Positions 35,333 to 45,316 of a stretch of DNA of 64,000 nt are shown here, piece after piece. The number at the start of each line of letters is the position of its first letter. Position 1 is the stretch's first letter. Origin of the DNA: Candidatus Hydrogenedentota bacterium (GTDB lineage: Bacteria > Hydrogenedentota > Hydrogenedentia > Hydrogenedentales > SLHB01); contig DAIPKA010000011.1 in assembly GCA_036769985.1 (NCBI GenBank), positions 44,818 to 108,817 of the forward strand, in the 5' to 3' direction. A program made the translations under genes and the position numbers. The notes beneath the pieces were generated by a model, which saw only the letters and a list, made by a program, of their open reading frames with translations, was not told where the DNA came from and did not search any database.

Positions 35333-37722
35333 CGACACGGTGCCTCCCGAGCGATGATTTCCTCCTGGATCTCGCGGCCGAGATTCACGAAGTATGCGTT
35401 GTAGCCGGTGACGCGAATGATAAGATTTCGAAACTCGTCGGGATTCCGCTGGGCCTCGCGCAAGGTCGCGGCATCGATCATGTTGATCTGCAATGCCGAA
35501 CCGCCCTCGACGCAATAGCCGCGCAGGAAACCGGCCAGCTTCTCGACGTGTTCGGTGTCGCGCACCAGCGACGGCGGCAGCGAGATCGTATGCGACGCGC
35601 CATTCGGGATGACTTCGAGGCCGAGGTCGCCCACGGCGCGGGCGGCGGCCGTTGGGCCGGCTCTGTCCATGCCCGGCACCGCCGCGACACCATTCGAGAG
35701 GTACGTGCCGCGCGTGCGGCCATCCGGTGTTGCCGAGGTGAGCGGCGCATAGGCGATGCCATAGTTCCACGAAAGATAGCCGCCCCGATAGCGTCGCTTC
35801 GTCAACGGTGTCTCCAGCGTGGCGGCCTCCTCCGCCCACCAGTGCGTCAAGTTGTGCGCCATGTTGTCGGCTTCCGGATCATCGTTACCGTACTTGGGCG
35901 CTTTGTTAAGCAAGACCTGCCGGAGAAACTCGTCGCCGTCGAAGTTGCGATCGACGGCGCGGAGGAGTGCCTCCATGGACACGCGCTTCGCCTCGAAGAC
36001 GAGCGTCTTCACGGCCGACAGGGAGTCGGCGGCCGTCGCGAGGGCGACGCCCTCCACGGTGATGTAGCTGAACCGTGCGCCCCCCGCCGTGACATCACGG
36101 CATCCCTCGATACACCCGCCGACCAGCGCCGACAGATAGGGCGTAGGCTCGAACCGCGCGCGCGTCGTGTCCGCTTGATTGTTGAGCTCGACGAGCCGCC
36201 GCAGGCAGAACGACAACTGCGTGCGGAATGCGGCCTCGAACTCCGGCCACGTGCGCATGGCGCGCGGATCGGGTGTCCGAGGGCCGATCTGCTTTCCGGA
36301 GGCCTGATCGCACCCTTCGAAAAGCGCCAACTCGACCGCCTTGGCCAGGTTTAGGTTCACGTCCACCGTGCCGGACCGATCATCGCCCTGACGCGTGTTT
36401 TCGAGGCATCCGACCGGCGCGTAGTCCCAGAGGTCGACCTCCGGCAGGCCCTGCCAGCGCAGGCCGCGCATGGATGTTTCGTCGAAATTGAGCAGAAACG
36501 GCGCGCCCTGCGCCCGAGACAACAACTGGCACACGCGCGTCAGCAGGCGATCCGGTGTGCGCGCATGCAGGCGGACGTTCGGCTTGGGCTCAAGGAGGTT
36601 GAGCTCCTCGATGACGTCGAGCAAAAGGTAGGTGAGGTCGTTCGCCCGGTCCTCGCCATCGGGGCCACAGCCCGCCAAGGTGATGAGTTGACCGAACGAC
36701 GAGTTGATGCCCTGATGGCGGCCGACACGGCCTTGGTAGTCGTAGGCGTAGTTTGGTTTGATGAAGAAGCACCGGACAAACTCGCGGGCGTCGTCGCGTG
36801 TGAGCCGGCCCTCGGCAACATCGCGCTGGTAGTAGGGCCACAGGTACTGATCGATTCGTCCGAAGGACACGCCGGCCCCCGGATACGACTCGCTTGTGAG
36901 CACGAGCATGTGCGTCAGCCACAGCGCCTGAAGTGCCTCGTGGAATGTTTCCGCCGGCGCCCACGGTACCTTCCGGCAGACGGCGGCGATCTCGCGGAGT
37001 TCGGCGGCGCGAGCCGGCGCCGCGCCCAACGCCTGCCGTTCGGCCTCCGAGGCGTACCGGTCTGCCAGCGCGCCGGCCGCACGACACGCGATGGAAAAGG
37101 ACTCCAACACGTCCCGCCGGGCGGGATCCGGCTCGGAGTCCTGGGCGCGGCGTATCGCTTCGACGATGCCGCCGAATCCGATCCGGAGCACCTTCGGATA
37201 ATCCGGAATCAGATGGCCCGGCACCGCGCCGCAGTTGCCGAGTCCGAGATTCGACGTATCCGAAGCGGCCATCCGGAACGCTTCAGCGGCTTTCGCGCGT
37301 TGTCTGGCTTCCGATCGTGTCAGGCACAAGGACAAGGCCGAGTTGAACTGCCCGCCGACGATGAGCTCGCCTTCCAGAATGTCCACGGGCAAGTGGTGCG
37401 CGAGCACCTCGGCAAAGAACAGCGCCACGCGCACCGGCAGGGGCCGTTCCCAGAAACCGTTCGGCAACGGAACCACGCGCGCGGCGGCACATAGCGAATC
37501 CTCGTAGGCCTTCAGAAACGGCAGTATCTCCGGCACGATCGTCCAGCTCGCATACCGGTACACCGTGTCCCAAGGAGTACCGGTCGTGAACGGCATCACC
37601 TCGTTCCGGAATGGCCGTGTCTCGAACGAGAAGTACTCATCGCGCAGGCGTAGGATCCGATTCGAGAGGGCATCGGAAGGATTCCAGCACGCGGCGCGGC
37701 GCGATTGGGTGACGATGGCCAT
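35329..37722 (-). CDS. glycyl radical enzyme, PFL-like fold, eliminase/dehydratase type (substrate unknown)
   Basis: It is 797 aa. The C-terminal glycyl radical loop is IIRVTGYNAYFVNL (an RVxGY variant). The active-site thiyl loop PVGCLENTRQG carries the Cys-x-Glu dyad typical of GRE 1,2-eliminases (glycerol dehydratase, CutC, HypD). Its size matches the dehydratase clade. Confidence 0.85.
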   Translation of the reverse strand: MAIVTQSRRAACWNPSDALSNRILRLRDEYFSFETRPFRNEVMPFTTGTPWDTVYRYASWTIVPEILPFLKAYEDSLCAAARVVPLPNGFWERPLPVRVALFFAEVLAHHLPVDILEGELIVGGQFNSALSLCLTRSEARQRAKAAEAFRMAASDTSNLGLGNCGAVPGHLIPDYPKVLRIGFGGIVEAIRRAQDSEPDPARRDVLESFSIACRAAGALADRYASEAERQALGAAPARAAELREIAAVCRKVPWAPAETFHEALQALWLTHMLVLTSESYPGAGVSFGRIDQYLWPYYQRDVAEGRLTRDDAREFVRCFFIKPNYAYDYQGRVGRHQGINSSFGQLITLAGCGPDGEDRANDLTYLLLDVIEELNLLEPKPNVRLHARTPDRLLTRVCQLLSRAQGAPFLLNFDETSMRGLRWQGLPEVDLWDYAPVGCLENTRQGDDRSGTVDVNLNLAKAVELALFEGCDQASGKQIGPRTPDPRAMRTWPEFEAAFRTQLSFCLRRLVELNNQADTTRARFEPTPYLSALVGGCIEGCRDVTAGGARFSYITVEGVALATAADSLSAVKTLVFEAKRVSMEALLRAVDRNFDGDEFLRQVLLNKAPKYGNDDPEADNMAHNLTHWWAEEAATLETPLTKRRYRGGYLSWNYGIAYAPLTSATPDGRTRGTYLSNGVAAVPGMDRAGPTAAARAVGDLGLEVIPNGASHTISLPPSLVRDTEHVEKLAGFLRGYCVEGGSALQINMIDAATLREAQRNPDEFRNLIIRVTGYNAYFVNLGREIQEEIIAREAPCR

Positions 37723-37814
37723 AGGCCTGGTTTATCCTATCGCTTCGGAACGCTATCTGCATCATACTCGACCGAGTTGGATTTGGCAAAACGCTGCGGG
37801 GTTGAGGCGGGAAG

Positions 37815-37868
37815 CTTGTACGCACAAGTTATTCACTCGTTGACAAGCAATGGCGGATCGCGTAGACT
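37815..37868 (+). promoter_or_regulatory. candidate operator (CTTGT-N4-ACAAG inverted repeat, GntR-type GT..AC) followed by sigma-70-like promoter TTGACA-17-TAGACT for the regulator gene
   Basis: cttgtacgcacaag lies at 37815-37828. TTGACA lies at 37840-37845, followed by a 17-nt spacer and TAGACT at 37863-37868. The site is in the 196-bp divergent intergenic region between the GRE operon and the regulator. Confidence 0.35.
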
Positions 37869-37918
37869 ATGGCCGCTGCGGGTCGCTTTCGTGAGAGGCA
37901 GTGGTGAGCGTGGTGGTC

Positions 37919-39067
37919 ATGGGAAAGCCAACCCCTATCTACGAGTGTATCAAGCAAGATCTGCGTGACAGGATCGACTCCGGTGAGTTAGCCGAAGGCG
38001 CCTCGGTGCCTTCGGAATACCAGCTCGCCGAGCAGTTGGCCGTCAGCAGACACCAGACGCGCCAAGCCTTGCGCGAACTTGAACTCGAAGGGTACATTCT
38101 CCGTTCGCAGGGCCGTCGCTCGGTGGTGGCGCCGGCGAGCCGGAGGGCTCGGGCCGTTTCGGTGCCCGGGCCCGGCACGGTGGCCGTCGCGCTCCAGCAG
38201 CTTGACACGACTCACGTGCGCCGGATCTTCGAGGGGTTCGTGGCTCAGGCCGCTCTCCACGACGTGCAATATGTCCTGTACAGCCTTCGGTTCGAGCCGG
38301 AGGAGGAGCTCGACTTTCTGCGGCGGGTTCACGGGGCGGGATTCGCGGGTCTTATTGCCTGGATCCATAATGACCGTGTGGAGATTCGGAGGTCGCTCGA
38401 GGCCTGCCTCGGCTCGCATTTTCCAGTGGTGCTGGTGGATCGGTTCTTGCCGGGTCTCGAGACGGACTATGTGGTGACGGACAATGAGATGATCGGCTAC
38501 CGTTTGACCCAGCACCTCATCCAGCGCGGCCACGAACGAATCGGCTTCATCGGAACGCATGACGGGGCCTCGAGCGGCGCCTTGCGGTTCCAGGGGTATC
38601 GACGCGCGCTGAGAGAGGCCGGACTTGGATTCCACCAAGGCTTCTTCGGCCACATCCACACCGACTACGTTGCCGCTGCCGACACCGTCAAGAGCATTAT
38701 GTCCTTCAAGTCTGCGCCGACGGCTTTCGTGTGCATTCACGACCTATTTGTCCGTCAGCTTGTCGAGGCGCTCAAGCAGATCGAGTATCGCATACCGGAG
38801 GACATCGAACTGGCCATGGTGGGGGATGAGCGCAATGCCGTGGCTATTGGTGTTCCGGCCTTCACATTGTGCCAACCGAGTTTCGAGATTGGTTATCAGG
38901 CGACGGAAATCCTTCTCCGTCGCATCGAAGGTATGGATACAGCGGCGGAGCAGCGACGCCTTGCGCCGGTGGCGGCCTTGGCCTCAGGCCGCGACCGCGA
39001 ACTCAGCGGCGCGATGTCCGGCCGGCCAATCTGGCGCGATCACAGCAAGACCGCGTCGAAGCCGTGA
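37919..39067 (+). CDS. transcriptional regulator: GntR-type winged-helix HTH fused to LacI-type periplasmic-binding-protein-like sugar-binding domain
   Basis: The N-terminus [54 protein letters not shown] is a GntR HTH. The rest is a Peripla_BP-like domain (DGLIAWI.., FPVVLVDR.., IGFIGT...). An in-frame GTG at 37901 is an alternative start. Confidence 0.75.
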   Translation: MGKPTPIYECIKQDLRDRIDSGELAEGASVPSEYQLAEQLAVSRHQTRQALRELELEGYILRSQGRRSVVAPASRRARAVSVPGPGTVAVALQQLDTTHVRRIFEGFVAQAALHDVQYVLYSLRFEPEEELDFLRRVHGAGFAGLIAWIHNDRVEIRRSLEACLGSHFPVVLVDRFLPGLETDYVVTDNEMIGYRLTQHLIQRGHERIGFIGTHDGASSGALRFQGYRRALREAGLGFHQGFFGHIHTDYVAAADTVKSIMSFKSAPTAFVCIHDLFVRQLVEALKQIEYRIPEDIELAMVGDERNAVAIGVPAFTLCQPSFEIGYQATEILLRRIEGMDTAAEQRRLAPVAALASGRDRELSGAMSGRPIWRDHSKTASKP

Positions 39068-39093
39068 CGCCAAAAGGAGAGGATTCGGGTGTG

Positions 39094-40044
39094 ATGAAGA
39101 AAAGCATGGGCTTTACGCTGATTGAGCTGTTGGTCGTCATCGCCATCATTGGCATTCTCGCGGCCATTCTGTTGCCGGCCCTGGCGCGTGCGCGCGAGGC
39201 CGCACGACGCTCGAGTTGCGCCAACAATCTCAAGCAGATGGGTATCGTGTTCAAGATGTACGCCGGCGAGAACGCGGATGAGTTTCCGACGCTACGGATC
39301 ATCACGAGCAGCGACAACGAAGTGGAGTCGACCCGGTGCAATCGTTTCCAGGTCGGCACGATTTGCGATGGCCCACAGGTCTATCCGGAATACCTGACCG
39401 ACGTCAGCATTCTCTGGTGTCCTTCCGATCCCGACGGAGAAGACCGCGCCCGCGACAACTGGTTCTACGGGCCCGGCGACGGCACTTTCGATCCCTGCTC
39501 GATCGACCCGGATTCCTACAACTACATGAGTTGGGCGTTCCGCCCGGAGGACTATCTGATCGGCACCGGCGGCGACAATGCCCAGGATCCGCAGATCGGC
39601 CGCGACATTTCGCCCAACCTGATCACGGCCGTGGCGGAGGTACTGGCTTTCGCCACCACCGTGACGTTCTCGAGCCCGCCGGAGGCCATCCAGCGCCTGG
39701 TGGATCTGTACACCAACCCGGTGGAGTTCTACCATGAAGAGCGCGGCAATGTGGTGATCCAGCGACTCAAGGAAGGCGTCGAGCGGTTCCTGGTTGAGGA
39801 CGTGGCCGATGCGTCCGCCACCTCGGTAGGTCAATCCGAAATCGTCACCATGTACGACTCGATTACGTCCAAGCCGATCACGGGCGGCGCCTACGGCTTC
39901 ACGACGTTCAATCACGTACCCGGCGGCGCCAATGTGCTCTACATGGACGGTCACGTCGAGTTCGTGAAGTACCCATCGAAGTACCCGTGCAGCACGACCT
40001 GGGCCTTCATCATGACCTTCGCGTACGACATGTCCGGTTCCTGA
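39094..40044 (+). CDS. prepilin-type N-terminal cleavage/methylation domain protein with DUF1559 (H-X9-DG) domain
   Basis: [48 protein letters not shown] is the hallmark N-terminus of planctomycetal DUF1559 pseudopilin-like proteins. The C-terminal [10 protein letters not shown] is an H-X9-DG-like motif. A good RBS (AAAGGAGAG) precedes the start. Confidence 0.8.
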   Translation: MKKSMGFTLIELLVVIAIIGILAAILLPALARAREAARRSSCANNLKQMGIVFKMYAGENADEFPTLRIITSSDNEVESTRCNRFQVGTICDGPQVYPEYLTDVSILWCPSDPDGEDRARDNWFYGPGDGTFDPCSIDPDSYNYMSWAFRPEDYLIGTGGDNAQDPQIGRDISPNLITAVAEVLAFATTVTFSSPPEAIQRLVDLYTNPVEFYHEERGNVVIQRLKEGVERFLVEDVADASATSVGQSEIVTMYDSITSKPITGGAYGFTTFNHVPGGANVLYMDGHVEFVKYPSKYPCSTTWAFIMTFAYDMSGS

Positions 40045-40060
40045 TGGCGTCCCGGGGGCG

Positions 40061-41194
40061 TTACGACCGCTGCTGAAAGCCCTTGAGCTTGTCGAGGAAG
40101 CGGAGGTGGATCGGATAGGTCTTGCTGTTGCTCTCGCGCTCGAACTCATCGAGGAGTTCCCGCTGGCGCTTCGAGAGTCTCGATGGGGTCTCGACCTGGA
40201 TCCGGACGATCTGATCCCCTTGGCGATAGCCGCGTACGTCCGGCATGCCAAGGCCGCGGAGCCGCAGCAGGGCGCCCGACTGGGTGCCGGGCGCGACGCG
40301 GAGCTCGGCCTCGCCGGTGAGCGTCGGAACGCGGAGCGTCGCGCCCAGCGCGGCCTCCGGGAAACTGATCGGGACCTCGCACAGAATCGTGTTCCCATCT
40401 CGCTCGAAGATGTCGTCCGGCTCGATCTCGATTCGAACGTAGAGATCGCCGCGCGGGCCGCCACCGAGTCCAGGCTCCCCCTCGCCGGACAGTCTCAGCC
40501 GCTGGCCCGTGTCGATCCCGGCCGGCACGTCGACGGACAGCTCGCGCGTGCTTCGTACATGTCCGCCGCCGCTACATCGGCGACAGGGATTGGCGATGTG
40601 GGCGCCCGTGCCTCGACAGCGCGTGCACGTGCGCGTCACACTGAAGAACCCCTGCGATACGCGCACCTGGCCCGTGCCATGGCATTCGGGGCAGGGCTCC
40701 GCCTGCTTGCCGCCCGCCGCGCCGGTGCCGTGGCACTCACCACAGGTCTCCATGCGGTCGAACCGGAGGTGCTTTTTGCACCCCAAAGCGGCTTCGCGTA
40801 GGGTGATCGACAAGCAGGTCTCGATGTCGTTTCCCGGCTGGGCGGCGCGCCGTCCGGACCCGCGTCCACCAGGACGACGGCCGCCAAACAGCATGTCGAA
40901 CAGATCCTCGAAGGGGGCGTCAAATCCACCGCCGCCGAACCCGCTGAACGGATCGGTACCCGAGAATCCTGCGCCGCTCGCCCCAAAGCGATCATACTGG
41001 GCGCGCTTCTCCGGATTCTTTAGGACATCGTAGGCCGCGTTGATCTCCTTGAGGTGATTCTCGGCCTCCTTGTCCCCACCGGTCTTGTCCGGATGGTACT
41101 GGTGGGCAAGCTTGAGATACGCCTTTCGAAGATCGGTCTCCGAGACGTCACGGCTCACGCCGAGTATTTCATAAGGGTCCCAGTGTTCGGGCAT
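40061..41194 (-). CDS. dnaJ: molecular chaperone DnaJ
   Basis: A J-domain carries the HPD motif (YHPDKTGGD). A G/F-rich linker follows. Four CxxCxGxG zinc-finger repeats are present (CGECHGTG, CPECHGTG, CTRCRGTG, CRRCSGGG). The C-terminal substrate-binding domains are present. Confidence 0.95.
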   Translation of the reverse strand: MPEHWDPYEILGVSRDVSETDLRKAYLKLAHQYHPDKTGGDKEAENHLKEINAAYDVLKNPEKRAQYDRFGASGAGFSGTDPFSGFGGGGFDAPFEDLFDMLFGGRRPGGRGSGRRAAQPGNDIETCLSITLREAALGCKKHLRFDRMETCGECHGTGAAGGKQAEPCPECHGTGQVRVSQGFFSVTRTCTRCRGTGAHIANPCRRCSGGGHVRSTRELSVDVPAGIDTGQRLRLSGEGEPGLGGGPRGDLYVRIEIEPDDIFERDGNTILCEVPISFPEAALGATLRVPTLTGEAELRVAPGTQSGALLRLRGLGMPDVRGYRQGDQIVRIQVETPSRLSKRQRELLDEFERESNSKTYPIHLRFLDKLKGFQQRS

Positions 41195-41324
41195 AGGTCA
41201 ACTGGACGCTTCTTGCTGCGCCAGGGCGTCGTCCGGTCGCGCGCAGACTGGCTCGCGGAGACCGGCGCCGCTTCTTGGTTTCGTTCCTAGGGCTGGATAA
41301 TGCACACACGGCCGCACATCGCCC

Positions 41325-43250
41325 TCAGTTGCTCGTTTCTTCATCGTCTACAACGCGAAAGTCCGCATCCATCGTGCTGCCGGTGCCGCCCGTCTTCGGC
41401 GACGGTCCTTCTGGCTCGGGACCCGGTTGGGGCCCGGCCTGCTGGGCCTGAGCCGAGGCTGCGTACAGGACCTCGGCCAGCTTGTGCGAGGCCTGCGTCA
41501 GCCGCTCGGTGGCCGACTCGATGGCAGAAAGGTCGCTTCCGTCAAGGGCTTTGCGCACATCGGCGATAGCCGACTCGATCGCGGCCCGCTCGCTCGGTCC
41601 GACCTTGTCGCCATGCTCGCGGAGCGTCTTCTCGGCCGAGTAGCACAGGGCATCGGCGTTGTTGCGGATCTCGACTTCCTTTTTGCGCGCCTGATCCTCG
41701 CTCGCGTGAGACTCGGCGTCCTTCACCATGCGCTCGATTTCGCTCTCCGAGAGCCCGCTCGACGACTCGATCCGGATCTTCTGCTCACGGCCGGTACCGA
41801 GATCCTTCGCGGACACGTGAACGATGCCGTTCGCGTCGATGTCGAACGACACCTCGATCTGGGGTATGCCCCGGGGGGCCGGGGGAATACCGATCAGGTC
41901 GAACCGGCCGAGCGTCCGATTGTCGCGGGCCAGCTCACGCTCGCCCTGGAGCACATGAATCGTGACCGCGGTCTGGCTGTCCGAGGCCGTCGAGAAGATC
42001 TGACGCTTCGTGACCGGAATCGTCGTGTTCCGATCGATGAGCTTGGTACAAATACCGCCCAGGGTCTCGATACCGAGCGACAGCGGCGTCACATCGAGCA
42101 GCAACACATCCTTCACGTCGCCCGAGAGGACGCCGCCCTGGATCGCGGCGCCGACGGCGACCACCTCATCTGGATTCACGCCCCGATGCGGTTCCTTGCC
42201 GAAGATGCTCTTCACGATGGCGCCGACGGCCGGCATCCGCGTCATGCCACCGACCAGGATGACCTCGTCGATATCACTGGGGCTCAACCCTGCATCCTCG
42301 ATGGCCCGATGGCACGGATTCTTCGTGCGTTGCAGCAGGGCGTCGCAGAGTTGCTCCAGTTTCGACCGGGTCAATGTGTAGTTGAGATGCTTCGGCCCCG
42401 AAGCGTCCGCCGTGATGAACGGCAGGTTGACATCCGTCGACATCGCCGACGAGAGCTCGCATTTGGCCTTCTCGGCGGCCTCCTTCAGTCGCTGAAGGGC
42501 CATCGGATCCTTGCGCAGGTCGATCCCCTGCTCTCGAAGGAATTCCTCGGCAAGCCAGTCGATGACGCGCTGGTCGAAGTCGTCGCCGCCCAGATGAGTG
42601 TCGCCGTTCGTGCTCAGCACCTCGAAACTGTCGTCACCGATGGCGAGCACCGAGACGTCGAAAGTGCCGCCGCCCAGGTCGTACACGGCCACCTTCTCAT
42701 CCTTCTTCTTGTCGAGGCCATAGGCGAGCGCGGCGGCCGTCGGCTCGTTGATGATACGCAGCACCTCAAGCCCCGCAATTCGACCGGCGTCCTTGGTGGC
42801 CTGTCGTTGCGAATCGTTGAAATAGGCCGGTACCGTGACCACCGCCTGCGCCACCTTCTGGCCCAGGTAGGCTTCCGCCGTCTCCTTCATCTTTTGAAGA
42901 ATCATGGCCGAGATCTCGGGAGGCCGATGGGTGGTTCCCTGGATCTCGACCTGGCAATCGCCCGTATTCGAGGCTGTCACCCGGTACGGCACAAGGCGCT
43001 CTTCTTCCGTCACCTCGTTGTGTCGACGTCCCATGAACCGCTTGATCGAGAAGACCGTGTTCTGCGGATTCGTCACCGCTTGACGTTTTGCGACGGCGCC
43101 CACGAGCCGTTCACCGCCCTTCGTGAACGCGACGACTGACGGCGTCGTGCGGCCGCCCTCGGCGTTGGCAATGACCGTCGCTTCGCCGCCTTCCATTACC
43201 GCGACACACGAGTTCGTCGTGCCTAGGTCGATTCCGATGACCTTACTCAT
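41325..43250 (-). CDS. dnaK: molecular chaperone DnaK (Hsp70)
   Basis: It is a full-length Hsp70 of 641 aa ([39 protein letters not shown]), with a substrate-binding domain and a C-terminal lid. Confidence 0.97.
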   Translation of the reverse strand: MSKVIGIDLGTTNSCVAVMEGGEATVIANAEGGRTTPSVVAFTKGGERLVGAVAKRQAVTNPQNTVFSIKRFMGRRHNEVTEEERLVPYRVTASNTGDCQVEIQGTTHRPPEISAMILQKMKETAEAYLGQKVAQAVVTVPAYFNDSQRQATKDAGRIAGLEVLRIINEPTAAALAYGLDKKKDEKVAVYDLGGGTFDVSVLAIGDDSFEVLSTNGDTHLGGDDFDQRVIDWLAEEFLREQGIDLRKDPMALQRLKEAAEKAKCELSSAMSTDVNLPFITADASGPKHLNYTLTRSKLEQLCDALLQRTKNPCHRAIEDAGLSPSDIDEVILVGGMTRMPAVGAIVKSIFGKEPHRGVNPDEVVAVGAAIQGGVLSGDVKDVLLLDVTPLSLGIETLGGICTKLIDRNTTIPVTKRQIFSTASDSQTAVTIHVLQGERELARDNRTLGRFDLIGIPPAPRGIPQIEVSFDIDANGIVHVSAKDLGTGREQKIRIESSSGLSESEIERMVKDAESHASEDQARKKEVEIRNNADALCYSAEKTLREHGDKVGPSERAAIESAIADVRKALDGSDLSAIESATERLTQASHKLAEVLYAASAQAQQAGPQPGPEPEGPSPKTGGTGSTMDADFRVVDDEETSN

Positions 43251-43286
43251 TGCGTGTTATCCTCCACAGGAACCGTCAAGGTTCCT

Positions 43287-43940
43287 CTAGTCGTCTGCGC
43301 CTTCGGCGGCCCCGGTGCAATCCGCCACGTTCTGCTCACGGTCGAGCGATACCGAGGGACCTCCGCTCACCACAACCTTAGACGGCCGCAACACAAAAGT
43401 GCCCAGCCGGTATCCTCTCTGAAACTCCTCGACAACCACATCGGCCGGATGCGTCTCCGACGCCTTCCGCATCACCGCTTCGTGCACGCTCGGATCGAAC
43501 GGTTCGCCCACGGCCTCGATCGCCTTCACGCCGTGGCGCCCGAGCGCGTCGCTCAGTTGCCGTAACACCATTTCCACGCCCTCGGCCAAACCGCCCGAGG
43601 CGCCATCGGCATGGGCCACGGCCCGCTCGAGATTATCCAGCACCGGCAGCAGATCGCCGATCAGATCTTGTGCGGCGCGCGCGCGCATTTGCTCATTCTC
43701 ACGGGCCGTCCGCTTGCGGTAGTTGTCGAACTCCGCACGCGCCCGGAGCAACTGATCCTTCAGCGCGTCCCGTTCCGCCGCAAGCGCATCGATATCCGCT
43801 TCGGCCGCCTTCGTTTCGTCGGTCGCTTCGACCTTGCCTACCGCGGTTTCCGTGTCGTCTGTCTGTGATGCTTCCGCCGCAGACAATTCCGCCTCCCATC
43901 GTTTCTCAAGTTCCGTCTTCTCTGGCTGCTTCTTACCCAT
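43287..43940 (-). CDS. grpE: nucleotide exchange factor GrpE
   Basis: LKDQLLRARAEFDNYRKRTARE...DLLPVLDNLERA...FDPSVHEAV...RGYRLGTFVLRPSKVVVS. The start was chosen at MGKKQPEKTE (43940). The ORF track extends to 44003. Confidence 0.9.
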   Translation of the reverse strand: MGKKQPEKTELEKRWEAELSAAEASQTDDTETAVGKVEATDETKAAEADIDALAAERDALKDQLLRARAEFDNYRKRTARENEQMRARAAQDLIGDLLPVLDNLERAVAHADGASGGLAEGVEMVLRQLSDALGRHGVKAIEAVGEPFDPSVHEAVMRKASETHPADVVVEEFQRGYRLGTFVLRPSKVVVSGGPSVSLDREQNVADCTGAAEGADD

Positions 43941-44027
43941 GCCACTTACCACCGCTTCGCCTGCTCCGCGCGAGTCATCGCGCTTAGGCACCACACGTGC
44001 CAACTCACTTGCGCACCCTAGGACACC

Positions 44028-45089
44028 CTACCCGGTAAGTCGATCCAGCAACCGACTCAACATGGCGGCGGTGTAGTCCACGACCGACGTCAACCGCGGA
44101 TAGGGCATCCGCCTCGGGCCCAGAACGCCAAGTCGGCCTACGGCCTTGCCCTGAACCCGATACGGGGATGTCACCACACTGATATCTTCATGACCCATCT
44201 CGGCGGCCTCGAGGCCGATCACAACCGACGAATGCGCCCCGGACTCCGCGCGCGTCACACCGGCCCGCAACAGCTCGACAAGCCGTTCGCGCTCGTCCAG
44301 TAGGCCGAGCACCTCGCGCGCCTTCGCCATATCATTGAACTCGGGCTGTTCCATCAGCTGCGCCGTACCCTCCAGAAACAGAGGCTCGGGACGGCCCGCC
44401 GGCAACAAGTCCAGCACACGCAGGGCCTGTTCCGCCAAACGTCGCTGCTCGTACAACCACTCCTGCATGTGCGCCCGCAGCGACATCGTCAAGCCACTCG
44501 TTGGAATGCCGGCGAGTTCGTCATTCAAGAACCCGGATAGCCGGGTCAGTTCCATCGCGGGAATCGGTTCCTCCAAGGCCACCAGCGTCGTCCGCACGCG
44601 GCCCAGACTATCGGCAATCAGAACCGCCGCCCGGTTGTCCGACACCGGAATGAGATCGATGCGGCGCACCTCGGCGCTCTCCGGAGCCGGCGCCTCCACA
44701 ATGCCGGTCTGATGCGTAACCAAGGCCAGCAAGTGACTCGTTTGGCGCATGAGGTCATCCACATCATTCAACTTCTCCGACAGCTCGCGCTCGATGCGCT
44801 GCCGCTCGCTCAGCGTCAACTCCTGCACCCGCATCAGGTAATCGACATAGTAACGGTACCCCAGGTCCGTGGGGACCCGCCCCGAGCTCGTGTGAAGTTG
44901 CTTCAGGAAACCGGTCTCCTCCAAGTCCGCCATCGTGTTGCGCACGGTCGCCGGACTCAGATCCAACTGAAACCGCTTCACGATCGTCCGAGAGCCCACC
45001 GGTTCCGCCGTCGTGATGTAACTGTGCACCACGGCGCGGAGAATGAGTTTCTCCCGGTCGTTGAGTTGTGATTCGGGACTCATGGGCAC
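44028..45089 (-). CDS. hrcA: heat-inducible transcription repressor HrcA
   Basis: The N-terminal winged helix is LNDREKLILRAVVHSYITTAEPVGSRTI. HrcA is the first gene of the hrcA-grpE-dnaK-dnaJ operon and sits immediately downstream of the CIRCE element. Confidence 0.9.
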   Translation of the reverse strand: MPMSPESQLNDREKLILRAVVHSYITTAEPVGSRTIVKRFQLDLSPATVRNTMADLEETGFLKQLHTSSGRVPTDLGYRYYVDYLMRVQELTLSERQRIERELSEKLNDVDDLMRQTSHLLALVTHQTGIVEAPAPESAEVRRIDLIPVSDNRAAVLIADSLGRVRTTLVALEEPIPAMELTRLSGFLNDELAGIPTSGLTMSLRAHMQEWLYEQRRLAEQALRVLDLLPAGRPEPLFLEGTAQLMEQPEFNDMAKAREVLGLLDERERLVELLRAGVTRAESGAHSSVVIGLEAAEMGHEDISVVTSPYRVQGKAVGRLGVLGPRRMPYPRLTSVVDYTAAMLSRLLDRLTG

Positions 45090-45098
45090 ACCCGCTCG

Positions 45099-45125
45099 TT
45101 AGCACTCGACATCATGGAGTGCTAA
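45099..45125 (-). promoter_or_regulatory. CIRCE operator (TTAGCACTC-N9-GAGTGCTAA), HrcA binding site
   Basis: A perfect match, ttagcactc gacatcatg gagtgctaa, lies 10 bp upstream of the hrcA start codon. Confidence 0.9.
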
Positions 45126-45316
45126 CAGCTGCGCCGAGTGTACCATACCCGCCAGCAACTGTCAAGGCGCCCGTGCCCGCGGCGCGACTTGCGGACAACG
45201 GTTGACACAACTCTCGTAACCTGATACTCTTCAGGATGTTAGATGAATCGGCGGAAGACCCGTTCCCGACTGGCTCCGGAGGCCCGCCTAGACACCGCGG
45301 AGATTGGCCGCGTTCC

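Noticed and set aside
41427-43139. A 570-aa ORF on the plus strand, antisense to dnaK
   Set aside because: This is a classic high-GC shadow ORF. Its translation is Arg-, Gly- and Leu-rich with no domain signature, and it lies fully inside the bona fide dnaK gene on the opposite strand.
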